In this document: piece by piece, positions 21,823-33,237 of the stretch | How positions within the stretch are numbered: the first letter of the stretch is position 1 | How the letters are laid out: the number at the start of each line of letters is the position of its first letter | NCBI GenBank assembly: GCA_963823665.1 | Contig: CAWGMQ010000004.1 | Location: forward strand, 768,001-832,000 | From: an uncultured Planctomycetota bacterium | GTDB lineage: Bacteria; Planctomycetota; Planctomycetia; Isosphaerales; Isosphaeraceae | Direction of reading: 5' to 3' | Length of the DNA stretch: 64,000 nt | Notes under the pieces: model-generated | Database searches by the model: none | Told to the model about the DNA's origin: nothing | The model's input: the letters and a program-made list of their open reading frames with translations, nothing else | Program-made: the position numbers and the translations under genes

Positions 21823-22859
21823 GTTGCCGGTTCTCCTTTGCATACGTCGATCGACTTGCCGAGGAGCTCGGCAAGCTGGCGGATTTCGTCCATGAGACGG
21901 TCGAACTGAGCGGGTACGAGCGCCTGTGGGCCGTCGGAGAGAGCACGTTCGGGGCAGGAATGCACCTCGATGTGGATGCCGTCGCAATTGGCGGCGATGG
22001 CGGCCTTGGCCATCGGGGGAATCAAGTCCGGCCGCCCGGTGGCGTGGCTGGGGTCGACGATGATCGGCAGGTGGCTTTGCCCCTGAATATTGGGCACAAC
22101 CGACAGATCGAGGGTATTGCGCGTCGAGTCCTCGAACGTACGAATCCCGCGCTCGCAAAGGATGACCTGCCGGTTGCCCTCCGAGAGGACGTACTCGGCC
22201 GACATGAGCAGGTCTTTCACGGTCGCGCTCATGCCTCGCTTCAAGAGAATGGGGTTCTTGGTGCGGCCGCACTCCTTGAGCAGGTCGAAGTTCTGCATGT
22301 TGCGGGCGCCGATCTGGAGGATGTCGGCATAGCGCTCGACGTCCGGCACCTGCCGCGGGTCCATGACCTCGGTGACAACAGGCATACCGAATCGGTCGCC
22401 GGCAGCGCGCAGGATCTTGAGCCCGTCGCGCCCGAGGCCCTGGAAGCTGTAAGGGCTGGTGCGGGGCTTGAACGCGCCCCCGCGCAGGATGTTGGCACCC
22501 GCGTTGCGCACGCGCCCGGCGATCTCGAAGAGCAGCGCCTCGCTCTCGATGGCACACGGCCCGGCGATCACCGCCAGGTATCCGCCGCCAACCTTGACTC
22601 CCTTGATCTCGAAGACCGAGCCATCCGGATGAAACTCACGGCTGGCGAGCTTGAACGGTCTCAAGATGGGAACGACCTGCTCGACGCCCGGAATCGCCTG
22701 GAGCGGCTCGGCCTGAAGCTTCGCTTCGTCGCCGATGACGCCGATGATGGTCCGAGCGACACCGCGGCTTAAATGGGGCGTGAACCCCAGCGCGGTGATC
22801 CGATCGAGAACGTGGTCGACAACCTCATTCGAGGCGTGCGGCTTGAGGACGATGATCAT
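21807..22859 (-). CDS. aroF: DAHP synthase (class I-beta) with N-terminal regulatory domain
   Basis: [40 protein letters not shown]. Confidence 0.93.
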   Translation of the reverse strand: MIIVLKPHASNEVVDHVLDRITALGFTPHLSRGVARTIIGVIGDEAKLQAEPLQAIPGVEQVVPILRPFKLASREFHPDGSVFEIKGVKVGGGYLAVIAGPCAIESEALLFEIAGRVRNAGANILRGGAFKPRTSPYSFQGLGRDGLKILRAAGDRFGMPVVTEVMDPRQVPDVERYADILQIGARNMQNFDLLKECGRTKNPILLKRGMSATVKDLLMSAEYVLSEGNRQVILCERGIRTFEDSTRNTLDLSVVPNIQGQSHLPIIVDPSHATGRPDLIPPMAKAAIAANCDGIHIEVHSCPERALSDGPQALVPAQFDRLMDEIRQLAELLGKSIDVCKGEPATCAPC

Positions 22860-23030
22860 CGGCGAATGTCTCGAGTGGTCGGGAGGCGGCAACTTCATTC
22901 CCGCAAAGCTGCCGGACCCGGCGCAGCACGACCGGTTCCCTTGGGTGAGCTTTACAGTTTATCGTCTCGACCTGTGATGGGGAAGTGGGTTTCGGGTATC
23001 GTCGCCGCAGCCGCCGGTGCTGCTCGTGCT

Positions 23031-23068
23031 CTTAATCCTAATCGTAATCTTAATCTTAATCTCAATCC
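23031..23068 (+). repeat. Hexamer tandem repeat (AATCNT)x~6
   Basis: cttaatcctaatcgtaatcttaatcttaatctcaatcc. Confidence 0.8.
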
Positions 23069-24019
23069 TGCCCTTCACCCCCCATCCCGACCAGCCGGTT
23101 CGTTTTGTAAGTTCGTCGCGAGCCCTTACCCCGCAAAGATTAAGGGAACCAAACAACACTCCTCCCCCCTTGTGGGGCCCCGTGGGGGAGTGCCGCCTCC
23201 GACCGCTCAAGGCATGGCATTCGCCCCCCTGGCTATGGAGGAGATGCCGCCGCACGACCGGTCCAGCCCCGCGCTCTCGCACCCGTTTGACGACAACGCA
23301 ACATGCAATCGGTCAGCGCATGGACCGATGCGTTCCAGACGCCTCCGCGCTCTGCGCCCGCGACTGGGTTGGCTCGCTCTGCACAAGTACAAGAGCGACT
23401 TGCGCTTTCGTCCATGTTTTGGGCTCTTCAGCCATGGAGCAAAATGATCACTTTTGATAGCAAAACAAAGGTCTCTTCCGATCCCCCACTCGCGGTTCTC
23501 AGCGCACGGCGCCGCCGGCCCGATGCACCCCTCGTGGACAGGTAAATGACGCGATCGAGACCTTGCGTCTAGAGATCGAATGACGCTCCTCGGGAATGAC
23601 GCTGAGAGATAGACATCTCGCGATGTGGTAATGGACGAAATGAGACTCAAGCCCCGGACCAACCAGCGTGGTTGCCCAGCCTACGGACAGCTTCGCGACG
23701 CGCCTTACCAGCCATCCGCGCCGACGACGCACCTTCCCCCAAGTACTATTATGCGACAGGTCTTCGCCATTGGCCGTTTCTCGATCGCACTCATCAATTC
23801 TCGTGGAAATCGCAAGTTCAATCGCGATAAGTGATTAGCTGCCAAGTATTCTCGCAATGTTGTGCAGGTTCAATACGCTTTGAAACGGCATTCCTCCCAC
23901 ACCGTGGGGGGACGCGCCGCCCGGAGCGGCGTGGGGGGCGGGCAGGCGTGAGCCCGCAGCCGCGGGCTCGTATACAGCGAGGGCCGCCCAGGTCAGCTCT
24001 CCGCCGCACCACGCCAGGT

Positions 24020-24174
24020 CCTCCTCCTACTCGTACTCATGCTCGTACTCGTACTCGAATTCCTGCTCCTACCCGTACTCATACTCATGCTCGTACTCTT
24101 GGTCCCACTCTTAGTCCCGTCCACTTCGCCGCCCGCTCCCTCAACAACTGACCGCTGACAACTGACCACTGACA
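24020..24174 (+). repeat. Degenerate (ACTCGT)n hexamer tract followed by (ACTGACN)n heptamer tract
   Basis: tactcgtactcatgctcgtactcgtactcg...; caactgaccgctgacaactgaccactgacaa. Confidence 0.8.
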
Positions 24175-25064
24175 AGGCAGTTCGTTTTGTACATTCGTCG
24201 CGCGCCCTGCGCCACAAGGATTACGGGAACAGCGCGGGGTGATGCGTGCTCGACGAACCGTAGCTCCAGTCGTCTGGGGATCGTGCTCTCACGATGAGAA
24301 TCCGCGATCAAAAATTCGTTCTCCCGTCCCGCCTCATCTCCGTGACCTCGGTGTGCTCCGTGGTTCAAATTCTGATCTGACTCGATCATCTCCGTGAGCT
24401 CCTTTCCCTCGTTGTTTCCGCATCGAAAAAAGCCGTTCAAACATAGTGAACAAAACCGTCGGATCGATTTGGCAATTTCGCGTGGCACGTGCCAAAAGTT
24501 TTTTTGATCGCGTGGAAACACACCCGCCAGGTCCGATCCTTCGGTGCAGATTCAACATGCGGAATGCCCATCCCCTCCCTTAATGACCGCTAGAACGATC
24601 GAGAAATGGCAAAAAGTGGCAATTTCTAGAGGCCTGTAAAGCATCCGTACACAAGTGTAAATCGGCGTCCATCAGCGGCGACCAGTGGTCGTGATCCGCT
24701 GATGGTAGAAGCTCGCTCAGCACAGTTGAAATCATGCCCTCTTCTCCCGAGTAGACCAGGCTTTCAGCCTGACGTTCTACAAGATCACCCATGCAGCCTG
24801 AGCCGCGAACGACTCGCTCCTCGAGTTCCCGCTTGTTGGAGTTGACCTCAGCGGTTCCCGCACCGCCGGCCGGAGCGCGCACGCACGGCTCCTATCTAGA
24901 TGATCTACAAAACCCCCGATCCTTTTGCGCCGTAAATGTGGTATTCGTCCATTTCGAGCGAGATTCCAGCATCATTCGTCGCGCGTCCTTTCCCCACAAG
25001 GACTACGGGAACGGCCACACGGCGGTCGAGTGACGTGAGGCGCTGGCTAGGCCAGTGCTCCGGT

Positions 25065-25093
25065 GTAGCAGGCACACTCCGTGTGCCGCCCGC
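25065..25093 (+). repeat. GTAG-type REP element
   Basis: GTAGCA-GGCACAC-TCC-GTGTGCC-GCCCGC hairpin; second copy (28/29 identical) on the minus strand at 40882-40910. Confidence 0.75.
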
Positions 25094-26151
25094 TCCGAGC
25101 CACTGTCTGACTCATAGTCCCGCTCACCACGCCGCCCGCTCCCGACAACGGATCGCTGACAAGGCAGTTCGTTTTGTACATTCGTCGCGCGTCCTTTCCC
25201 CACAAGGATTACGGGAACAGCGCGGGGCGATCCGTACTCGAGGAACAGTAGCTCCAATCGTCCGAGGATCGTCCTCTCGGACGAGGGAATGCCAACGCCA
25301 TCGCCGCGCCACGATCTGTCTCAGCCCCGAACACTGGCGACCTCGTAAGGTAATACCAGGGGCAAGAGCGAGCCCCCGGATCTCCGCACCGCTTCATCGG
25401 TTGCACTTTCTTGCACTCCATTGCACTAATCTCGAAGAATCCTCTTTCCTCCCACTCGCGGTTCCCGGTCCAGGCCAAGGCTTTGCGTCGCACGCTCGCG
25501 GCGGCCGGCAACAAAAGTGCGCGTGCGACCGACAAGAGCGGCCCTCTCACCCGAATCCAACACGCGTTGGGTGTCATGATCGTTGTTGTGCACATGTATT
25601 CCTCCCGCCCTTGTGGGGAAGGTGCCGCCGCACGGGGCGGAGGGGGGCGTGGCCGCGGGGAAGACCGCGCACCCAAAGTAGCGCTGATCTCCCTTCGAGC
25701 GGCGTTTCGGGCGTGCGTTCAAAACGCGGCTTCCGCCACGAGCCGTCCTCGCGCGTCACGCTCGGGTTCAAGCGTCGCGACAAGAACGAACTGGTGGCCG
25801 CAGATGCTGAGCGTCCGTTACCCTTGGTCTTGTAACTGCGCTCATCTCCGTGATCCAGACCGTTAATAGGGTGAAGATACTTCAGACGCTTTCGCTTCGG
25901 GATGAGACGTCACGCCAAGCTTCGAAGGCATACGAAGCTGTGAGCACGTTTGACTGCGCGCCTTTTGTTTGCGATCATGAATGCGTTGATACTGCTGTTG
26001 GACGCCGAGCCCGAGGTATCATCAGCATGCGCGGGCTCGACCTTCCTTGCACCGCTAGCCCGACGCGGCTAAGTTCATCGGGGGCAGGACCCGCCTCCTC
26101 AGTTACGAACCATAGTTGAACCGGACAGTGCGACCCGATGGACACCCAGCC

Positions 26152-26328
26152 ATGCGACTGCCCCGGATGACGATGCGGCGATGGATGGTCACGGTGGCGG
26201 TAGTCGCTCTTCTCATCGTTATAGTCCCCCATGTCATACGCGAACTGAGGCGGCGGTACATCATCGGCTCACCTGCTACGGGAAGACCATTATGGGTGGG
26301 CTCACCAGGGATTAGATTCAGAGGGTAG
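26152..26328 (+). CDS. Small single-pass membrane protein (MRLPRMTxRRWM-type planctomycete leader)
   Basis: MRLPRMTMRRWMVTVAVVALLIVIV... Confidence 0.5.
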   Translation: MRLPRMTMRRWMVTVAVVALLIVIVPHVIRELRRRYIIGSPATGRPLWVGSPGIRFRG

Positions 26329-26711
26329 ATATCGTTCAACTCGAAGTCGATCGCCGCCGGGGCCGCCCTAGCCGGGTTCTGGCGCGATCATCCGGCTGTG
26401 AACGTGACCACGGAGCCCTCTCCGCTCTACCGCGAAGCGGTTTCGTTCAACGAGGGTTTTCTTTACAGCGCCGGTTGCTTAACGACTTGATCTCAAAAAA
26501 CCCACTCCGACGGGTCTCTTTACTCCAGGGGCTAGCCGGCGGAGGATGATCATCGGCTATGCGAGGCTTTCGACGACGAAGCAAAATCTCGGCTTGCGGC
26601 ATGATGACCTGAAGCCGGCATTCGACGCTTCGTTCGATGTGACCGACGCGCGCTGGCGCGACTCGGCCTCCTTTCGGTCCCAAGCCTGAGAACGACCGTT
26701 TCGTAGTGCGA

Positions 26712-29072
26712 CTACTTCAGCTCCACTGTTACCTTGTCCAACTTCCCCGTGAAGACGAACGGAGCCTTGTACTCGTGGCTCACCGGCGTACCGGTATTCC
26801 GGCCGATGAGCAAGCCGTAGCCGGTCACCGCGCTGTACTGTCCCGCCACCCTGACGCCCTTCAGTTCACCAACCCGCTCGCCGTCCACAGACAGCGTGAC
26901 GTTTCCGGTGAAGTAGTCAGGCTTCAGATGCTTATCGGTGGGCGTGAAATGGACACTCAGCGTATGCTTACCGGCGGACAGGACTTCGCGGGACGAAACC
27001 GAGAACTGATCCAGCTTCAAGTAGTTGTGGACGTAGTGAAATTTGCCGTCCTTGAGGAACAGCGTCCAGCCGCCGAATTCGCCGCCGCTACATGCGAGCA
27101 CGCCCTCCGCGCCCGTTTCCGGGATCGTGATGTGTGCGGTGATCGTGTGCTCGACTCCCAGGATCTGCGGCGCGGCCAGCGGGTGCAGGATCGACGTGCC
27201 GGGGTAATAGACATATTGCTTCTTGGGTAGAGCCGCCACCGGCCGGGTGGGGTCCGCGACCCGCTCGTATCGGCGGTCGTCGAGGGGGAAGACATTGTAT
27301 TTCTTCGCCTCGACCGCCCAGAGCGCGATCAGCTCCCGCAGCTTCTCCGGCGCCTTTGCGGCGAGGTCGTCCGACTGGGTGAAATCCGCGTCCGAGTGGT
27401 AAAGCTCCCATTTGTCGTCTTCCCATGGCGTGTCCTTCTTATGCCAGGTCACTGCCGTCCATCCGTCTGCCCAGATCGCCCGGCTGCCGAGCATCTCGTA
27501 ATACTGGGACTTCTTGCGGGTCTTCGCGTTCGCGTCGGTGAAGGTGTACGCCATACTGACTCCGTGAATCGGCATCTGCTTCACGCCGTCGACGGAGGTT
27601 GGCGCTGGCAGCCCGGCCGCATCGAGGATGGTCGGAACGACGTCGATGATGTGGTGATACTGGCCGCGGATCGCACCGCCGTCCTTGATCCTCGCGGGCC
27701 AGGAAACAATGAAAGGATCGGTGTTGCCGCCCGCGTGCGTGTCCTGCTTCCAGCGCTTGAGCGGAGAGTTGCCGGCCATCGCCCAGCCCATCGGGTAATG
27801 AGAGTCTGTGAAAGGTCCGCCCGCCTCGTCGAGCTTGGTGAGCATCTCCGCGACCGTGTCCGGGAAGTAGTTGCGGAAGCGATCGGTGTTGAGCGTGCCG
27901 TTCGGCAACCCCTCCTGCGACGCGCCGTTGTCCGAGACAAGCACGGTGAGCGTGTTGTCGCGAAGACCCATCTCATCGAGGGCGGCGAATACCCTGCCGA
28001 GCTGATCATCCGCATGTTCGACATACCCGGCGAAGACCTCTTGTAGGCGGCAGTAGACTTTCTTCTGGCTATCATTCAGGTCGGCCCACGCCTGGACGCC
28101 CGGATTCGCCGGCGGCAGCACGGCATCCTTGGGGATGATGCCGAGCTTCTTCTGACGTTCGAAGGTCTCTTCCCGCACCTTGTCCCAGCCTTGATCGAAC
28201 GCCCCTTGATATCTGGCAATGAAAACTTTGGGGGCGTGCAAGGGCGCGTGGGCCGCGCCCAGGGCGAGATAGGAGAAAAACGGCCGGCCTGTGTTCGCTT
28301 GCTGCTGGTCGCGGATATCGGCGATGGCGTGGTCCGCCAGGTCTTCGCTCAGGTGGTATCCGGGTCGTGTCGGCGTTTCGATGAAGTGGTTATCCTGCAC
28401 AAGCAAAGGTGCCCACTGGTCGGTTTCACCCCCGAGGAAGCCGTAGTACTTCTCGAATCCCATGCCGAGCGGCCAGCGATCGAACGGACCAGCGGCCGTG
28501 TAGGCGGTGTACGGGGCCAGGTGCCACTTGCCGAGGGCCATCGTGTTGTATCCGTTCTGCTTGAGCGTCTCGGCGATGGTGCCCGCGCTCTTCGGGATCG
28601 ACCCATAATTGCTGGGGAACCCGGTCGCGGCCTCCGTGATCGCCGCCATTCCGACAGCGTGGTGATTGCGGCCGGTCAACAACGCGGCGCGCGACGGCGA
28701 GCAGAGGGCCGTCGTGTGGAAGTTGTTGTACCGCAGCCCGCCGGCCGCGAGCTTGTCGATGTTCGGCGTCCGGATCGGCCCGCCATAACAGCCCAGTTGG
28801 CCGTACCCGACATCATCAAGAACGACGAGCAGGATGTTCGGGACGCCTTCCGGGGCGGTCACCGGCAACGCCGGCCCGAAATCGGGAGTGGATTCCTTGT
28901 AGTTCGGCCCGATCTTCCCCTTGAACTCCGGTGTGGGCGGCGGGAGCACCGTGCGGTCAATCTTCGTTGTATCTTTAGGCTCAGCCGTCTTGTCTTGGGC
29001 GTTGGCCGCCAGCCAGCCGAGAGCGCAACTGACCGCAATGAATACGGCTTGCAGTAAGGATCGCAATCGCAT
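26712..29072 (-). CDS. Arylsulfatase (Cys/FGly type) with C-terminal ConA/LamG-like domain
   Basis: DDVGYG, CSPSRAALLTGR, GKWHL, SDNG; signal peptide; start re-set to ATG 29072. Confidence 0.95.
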   Translation of the reverse strand: MRLRSLLQAVFIAVSCALGWLAANAQDKTAEPKDTTKIDRTVLPPPTPEFKGKIGPNYKESTPDFGPALPVTAPEGVPNILLVVLDDVGYGQLGCYGGPIRTPNIDKLAAGGLRYNNFHTTALCSPSRAALLTGRNHHAVGMAAITEAATGFPSNYGSIPKSAGTIAETLKQNGYNTMALGKWHLAPYTAYTAAGPFDRWPLGMGFEKYYGFLGGETDQWAPLLVQDNHFIETPTRPGYHLSEDLADHAIADIRDQQQANTGRPFFSYLALGAAHAPLHAPKVFIARYQGAFDQGWDKVREETFERQKKLGIIPKDAVLPPANPGVQAWADLNDSQKKVYCRLQEVFAGYVEHADDQLGRVFAALDEMGLRDNTLTVLVSDNGASQEGLPNGTLNTDRFRNYFPDTVAEMLTKLDEAGGPFTDSHYPMGWAMAGNSPLKRWKQDTHAGGNTDPFIVSWPARIKDGGAIRGQYHHIIDVVPTILDAAGLPAPTSVDGVKQMPIHGVSMAYTFTDANAKTRKKSQYYEMLGSRAIWADGWTAVTWHKKDTPWEDDKWELYHSDADFTQSDDLAAKAPEKLRELIALWAVEAKKYNVFPLDDRRYERVADPTRPVAALPKKQYVYYPGTSILHPLAAPQILGVEHTITAHITIPETGAEGVLACSGGEFGGWTLFLKDGKFHYVHNYLKLDQFSVSSREVLSAGKHTLSVHFTPTDKHLKPDYFTGNVTLSVDGERVGELKGVRVAGQYSAVTGYGLLIGRNTGTPVSHEYKAPFVFTGKLDKVTVELK

Positions 29073-29145
29073 GTTTGTACTCTTCAGAAAAGGTGATTCG
29101 TCATCGGCCGGGGTTGGCTCCCGGTCCGACTGATCCACCTAGACG

Positions 29146-31527
29146 TTATTCTTGGTCCAACTCGAAGGTGATCTTCTCGATCGTGCCGGTGAAGGCGAAC
29201 AGCGATTTGTAGTCCGGCGAGACCGGTGTGATCGAATCGCGACCGACCTCGAACGGCTCCAGGCCGTGCCGGAAGAAGGTGCGCTTGATCTTTCCCTCGC
29301 CGGCCGGCTTGCCGTTGACGAACAACTTAAGCGTGCCCGCCCCTTCTTTTGAGCCGTCTGGGGTGAACTCGGTCTTGAGAGTCACGTTCCCCTCGGGAAC
29401 GGCGACCGTTCCGACAATGGTGATGTCCGAGAGTTCAAACCCCGTGTAGCGGAAGTTCGGCTTTCCGTCCTTGACGTAGAGCGACCAACCGGCGGAGAAA
29501 GCCCCCGCGCAAGTTATGACCCCTTCCGCGCCACCCTTCGGGATCGTCAACTCGGCGGTGATAGTGTGGCCGCGCGGAAACAGTTGCGGCCCGATCGGTT
29601 CCGGCAACCAGACGTTGTTGCCGTAGTACGTCCAACTCGCCCTCGGTTCGCCGGACTCCCGCATCTTCGGGTCGAGCCGCTCCGAGAACCGCGGATCGAG
29701 CGGAAACACGTCGTACTTCTTGGCCTCCTCCAGAAACTTGGCCTGCAGCATCTTCAGTTTCTCCGGTTCCTCTGCCGCAAGATTGACCGCCTGGCTGAAG
29801 TCGTCGGTGATGTGGTAAAGCTCCCACAGGGCGTTGACGAAATCCATGCCGCGGCCCGCCGTTACCCACGGGTAGCCGTACCGGCTGCACGCCACCCAAC
29901 CGTCGTGGTAGATCGCCCGGTTGGTCGCGAGTTCGAAGTACTGCGTCATCCGCCTGCTTTTGGCCTTCGCGTCCTCGAAGGAATAGAGCATCGACACGCC
30001 TTCGATCGGCTTCTGCACGATGCCGTTCACGACCTTCGCCTCGGGGATTTTGCACGCTTCCAGGATGGTCGGCACAATGTCGATGACGTGGTGAAACTGG
30101 TCGCGGATTTCGCCCTTCGCTTTGATCCCCTTGGGCCAGTGGACGACCAGCGGGTTGCGGGTGCCGCCGAAGTGGGAGGCCACCTGCTTGGTCCACTGAA
30201 ACGGGGCGTTCATGGCCCACGCCCAGCCGACCGGGACGTGTGGCTCGCTCGTCGGCCCGCCGATCTCGTCGATCCGCTTTATCATGCTTTCCAGTCCGAG
30301 TTGCACGCCGATGAGACTGGCGAGTTCGCTGAAGGTCCCTTCCAGCCCGCCCTCGGCGCTGGCGCCGTTGTCGCCGACGATGTACATCACCAGCGTGTTG
30401 TCGAGTTCGCCGGACGCGGCCAGGCTGTCGATCAATCGCCCGACCTGATGGTCGGTGTACTCCATGTAACCGGCGTAATTCTCCATGAGGCGGGTGTAGA
30501 CTTTCTTTTCGTCCGCCGAGCGGGTGTCCCAGGACGGGATACTCGGGTCGCGCGGCGTCAGCTTAGTCCCCTTGGGAATGATGCCGATCTCCAGTTGCTT
30601 CGCGTGGGTCAACTCGCGCTGCCTGTCCCAGCCGTAATCGAATGTTCCCTTGTACTTGCCGCGGTATTCCTCCGGAGGCTGGTGCGGGGCGTGGACGCCG
30701 GAGGTGCTGAAGTAGTTGAACCAAGGCTTGTTGGGATTCGCGGCCCGCACGTTATGCGTCCAGGCGATGGCCTCGTCGGCCATGTCCGCCATGAAGTGGT
30801 AGCCTTGCTCCGGCGACTTCGGCTGGGCCACCGGCTTAGTGTCGCGGTAGAGCGTGGGGTAGTACTGGTTCGTTTCGCCCTGGTTGAAGCCGTAGAAGTA
30901 CTCGAATCCCTGGCCGGTGGGCCAGTTGTGGAACGGACCGGCGGGGCTGATCTCCGGCTCCGGGGTGTTGTGCGCCTTGCCGAACATGGCCGTAGCGTAG
31001 CCGTTGTCGCGGAGCGTCTGCGCCACGACGGACGTACTCTGGGGGATGATCCCGGTGTAACCAGGGTAGCCAGTCCCCATCTCGATGATGACTCCCGTTC
31101 CGCAACTGTGATGGTTGCGCCCTGTGAGGAGAGCCGCTCGGGTGGGACTACAGAGAGCGGTTGTGTGGAACTGGTTATAAGTCAGCCCGTTCTTCGCGAG
31201 CTTATCGAGGTGCGGCGTCGGCACCGGTCCGCCGAAGGTCGAGCACATCCCGAAACCGACATCATCGAGCAGGACGATTAGCACATTCGGCGCTGCTTTC
31301 GGAGCCTTCACCGGCTGTGGATAGTCTGGCGTCGAGTCCTTGTACGTCTCGCCGATCTTGCCCTTGAACGCCGGATCGGGTTTAGGCAGTTGCGTGCCGA
31401 GGGGCTGCGCGGGCTGAATCTTGGTTTCCTGGGCGGACGTCTCGGCTAGGCGGCCGGAAACCGCCAGCCATCCGAACAACGAACCGATGGCGACGAGGAC
31501 GGCCGGCAACATGAATCGCGAACGCAT
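29146..31527 (-). CDS. Arylsulfatase (Cys/FGly type), tandem paralog
   Basis: DDVGFG, CSPTRAALLTGR, GDNG; signal peptide. Confidence 0.95.
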   Translation of the reverse strand: MRSRFMLPAVLVAIGSLFGWLAVSGRLAETSAQETKIQPAQPLGTQLPKPDPAFKGKIGETYKDSTPDYPQPVKAPKAAPNVLIVLLDDVGFGMCSTFGGPVPTPHLDKLAKNGLTYNQFHTTALCSPTRAALLTGRNHHSCGTGVIIEMGTGYPGYTGIIPQSTSVVAQTLRDNGYATAMFGKAHNTPEPEISPAGPFHNWPTGQGFEYFYGFNQGETNQYYPTLYRDTKPVAQPKSPEQGYHFMADMADEAIAWTHNVRAANPNKPWFNYFSTSGVHAPHQPPEEYRGKYKGTFDYGWDRQRELTHAKQLEIGIIPKGTKLTPRDPSIPSWDTRSADEKKVYTRLMENYAGYMEYTDHQVGRLIDSLAASGELDNTLVMYIVGDNGASAEGGLEGTFSELASLIGVQLGLESMIKRIDEIGGPTSEPHVPVGWAWAMNAPFQWTKQVASHFGGTRNPLVVHWPKGIKAKGEIRDQFHHVIDIVPTILEACKIPEAKVVNGIVQKPIEGVSMLYSFEDAKAKSRRMTQYFELATNRAIYHDGWVACSRYGYPWVTAGRGMDFVNALWELYHITDDFSQAVNLAAEEPEKLKMLQAKFLEEAKKYDVFPLDPRFSERLDPKMRESGEPRASWTYYGNNVWLPEPIGPQLFPRGHTITAELTIPKGGAEGVITCAGAFSAGWSLYVKDGKPNFRYTGFELSDITIVGTVAVPEGNVTLKTEFTPDGSKEGAGTLKLFVNGKPAGEGKIKRTFFRHGLEPFEVGRDSITPVSPDYKSLFAFTGTIEKITFELDQE

Positions 31528-32199
31528 TCGAGAACATCCTTAAGCCCTGGAACCACTCGATCGCGGTTTTCCAACGAAGGACGTGGGTGCTTCCACGTTT
31601 TAGGAATCAATGATCGCGAGTGATGACGACTGATCCTGGAAGGCGATTCTATCGGCCCGTCTTCGGATTAGCCACATCGCATGGTCGTTACGTACCTACG
31701 AACGAGCCTGCTCAGAAGCGGTTTACGCCGTCACGCCGGGCGACCGGCGTTGAGCCGGTGAGTGCGCTTCCACTCGTAACTAATTCTCCATTGACCTTGC
31801 CGTCGTTCTTGCGTGCGTCGGTGTCCCACGCGACGACCGAAACGAGTTCGAGGCATAAATCGACTTCAGGAACGGGCAGCGGTGCTCGATCTCAGGGGCC
31901 TTTAATCGATCCGACGGATTCTTTACCCGCGGCTCTGGCATCGGTGGCGAATCGATTCCCTCGCGTGCTTCGGCGGTCATCAATCAAAGGGCCGTTTGCC
32001 TTACGCCTGGTTCGTCACGGCACCGGGATCAAGCGCCCTCGCCCTTTGGAGTAAAGGAACCCGGTAATCAAAAAAAAGTGAACATTCTCGGCGCTGCAAC
32101 GAATTCCTTGACTCCACGCAGCGGACGCTGCTCGGCACGGTACGAAAATCGCTCGGTCGGTTCGCATTCAATCTGTGGCTTGCCCAAGCCTGCCACGCA

Positions 32200-32610
32200 C
32201 GGGCTGGGGACGGGCCCGCGCTCGGTGAACTTAGCCCACCGGAACGAGCACGACCAACAGTGCGGCGCACATCGCTGCTGCCCATACTGACCGCGGTCAG
32301 GACTCCGGGATGACGCCCCCCGCGATGAACTGCCCGCGGCTCGCGGACCAGGTACTGCGGGAAACCACGCGGAGCCGGAACCTGGCATCCCGACCGCGAA
32401 GCTCGGCCTCGTCGGCGAATTGTGACCCGACGAGTTTGCGACATCCTCTTCGGTGAGAATCGGCAACCCGAACAGCGCGCACAGGGCCACGCACTCCGGC
32501 GGCGTGAAATAGCCCGAGATCAGGATCTTTCGAGCCGCCTCACGAAAAGACGAGTCCTTGAGGCTGGCCTCAAACTCCGGGTCAAACTCCTCAAATCTCG
32601 CCGAACGCCG
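32200..32610 (-). pseudogene. Fragment of an HNH putative restriction endonuclease
   Basis: Consecutive minus-strand frames give SLKDSSFREAARKILISGYFTPPECVALCALFGLP then EAELRGRDARFRLRVV, the segment that precedes the HNH core in this family; degraded afterwards. Confidence 0.5.
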
Positions 32611-32629
32611 GTCTGTTGTTGGACTGCCG

Positions 32630-33060
32630 GTTCCATCAAGCGCCTTCCAGAAACCGTCGCTCTGATCGAATGCTCCGCCCGCGCCTATCTCGGCGAAATC
32701 GACGACGCCAATCTGATCAAGCTCCACCGCCATTCCGGAAAAGTCTCCTACCTCACCTACCCCGACTTCGAAACCAACCCCCCACCGCGCCTTGCTCCGC
32801 AGCGTCAAACTCCCGCTCCGCACCCGCGAAATCGATTGCCTCGACTACCAGCCCAGCCCCAACCCGCCGATCCTCCACCGCAAGGAATCCGTGCTCGCAC
32901 CTTCGCACCCACTCCACGCCAAATTCACCAAGCTGACCCAGCAAGAAGAAAAACACAGCCCCCTCGACGACACCGCCACCATCGGCACCCGAGACGGATG
33001 GCAGGCCCGGCCCAATGCGGCTGGATTCGAGTTGCGCGGGCATCGGCTCGTGCGTGGGTG
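32630..33060 (+). pseudogene. 3' fragment of DNA phosphorothioation-associated putative methyltransferase (TIGR04096-like), copy 1
   Basis: ARAYLGEIDDANLIKLHRHSGKVSYLTYPDFETNP / LLRSVKL.LRTREIDC.DY...NPPILHRKE...TIGTRDGWQAR; no start, frameshifted. Confidence 0.7.
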
Positions 33061-33237
33061 GCGGATGTGCAAAGGACCAAATCAGCATCAAAGCGGACGT
33101 TTGCCACGGCAGAGCTTGCATACGCGGGCGGCGGGTCATGGTGAGCGTGATCCTCGCCAGCCTGACTGAAGGAGATTCGCCAGAAAAGTTGTAAATGGGG
33201 ACGCGACGCTCACGCCCGACGGGTAGAATCGAACAGC

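Larger units (their letters stand above)
23098..25257 (+). repeat. Dispersed direct repeat family, 4 copies (23098-23150, 24112-24268, 24973-25012, 25115-25257)
   Basis: Shared core GTTCGTTTTGTACATTCGTCGCGCGTCCTTTCCCCACAAGGATTACGGGAAC; copies 2 and 4 align over ~140 bp, copy 3 is 5'-truncated. Confidence 0.85.

Noticed and set aside
21106..22557. 483-aa N-terminally extended TpiA, or a tpiA pseudogene
   Set aside because: The extension is an alternative frame of aroF; the real start is GTG 21822 with an AAGGAG RBS, and the 3' break is a single-base indel
23098..25257. CRISPR array
   Set aside because: Copies are degenerate and spaced 100-1000 bp apart irregularly; no cas genes
6186..31281. 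Long antisense ORFs (e.g. 6186-8165, 13620-15314, 16625-17881, 29566-31281)
   Set aside because: Shadow frames of real genes in high-GC DNA with no recognisable motifs
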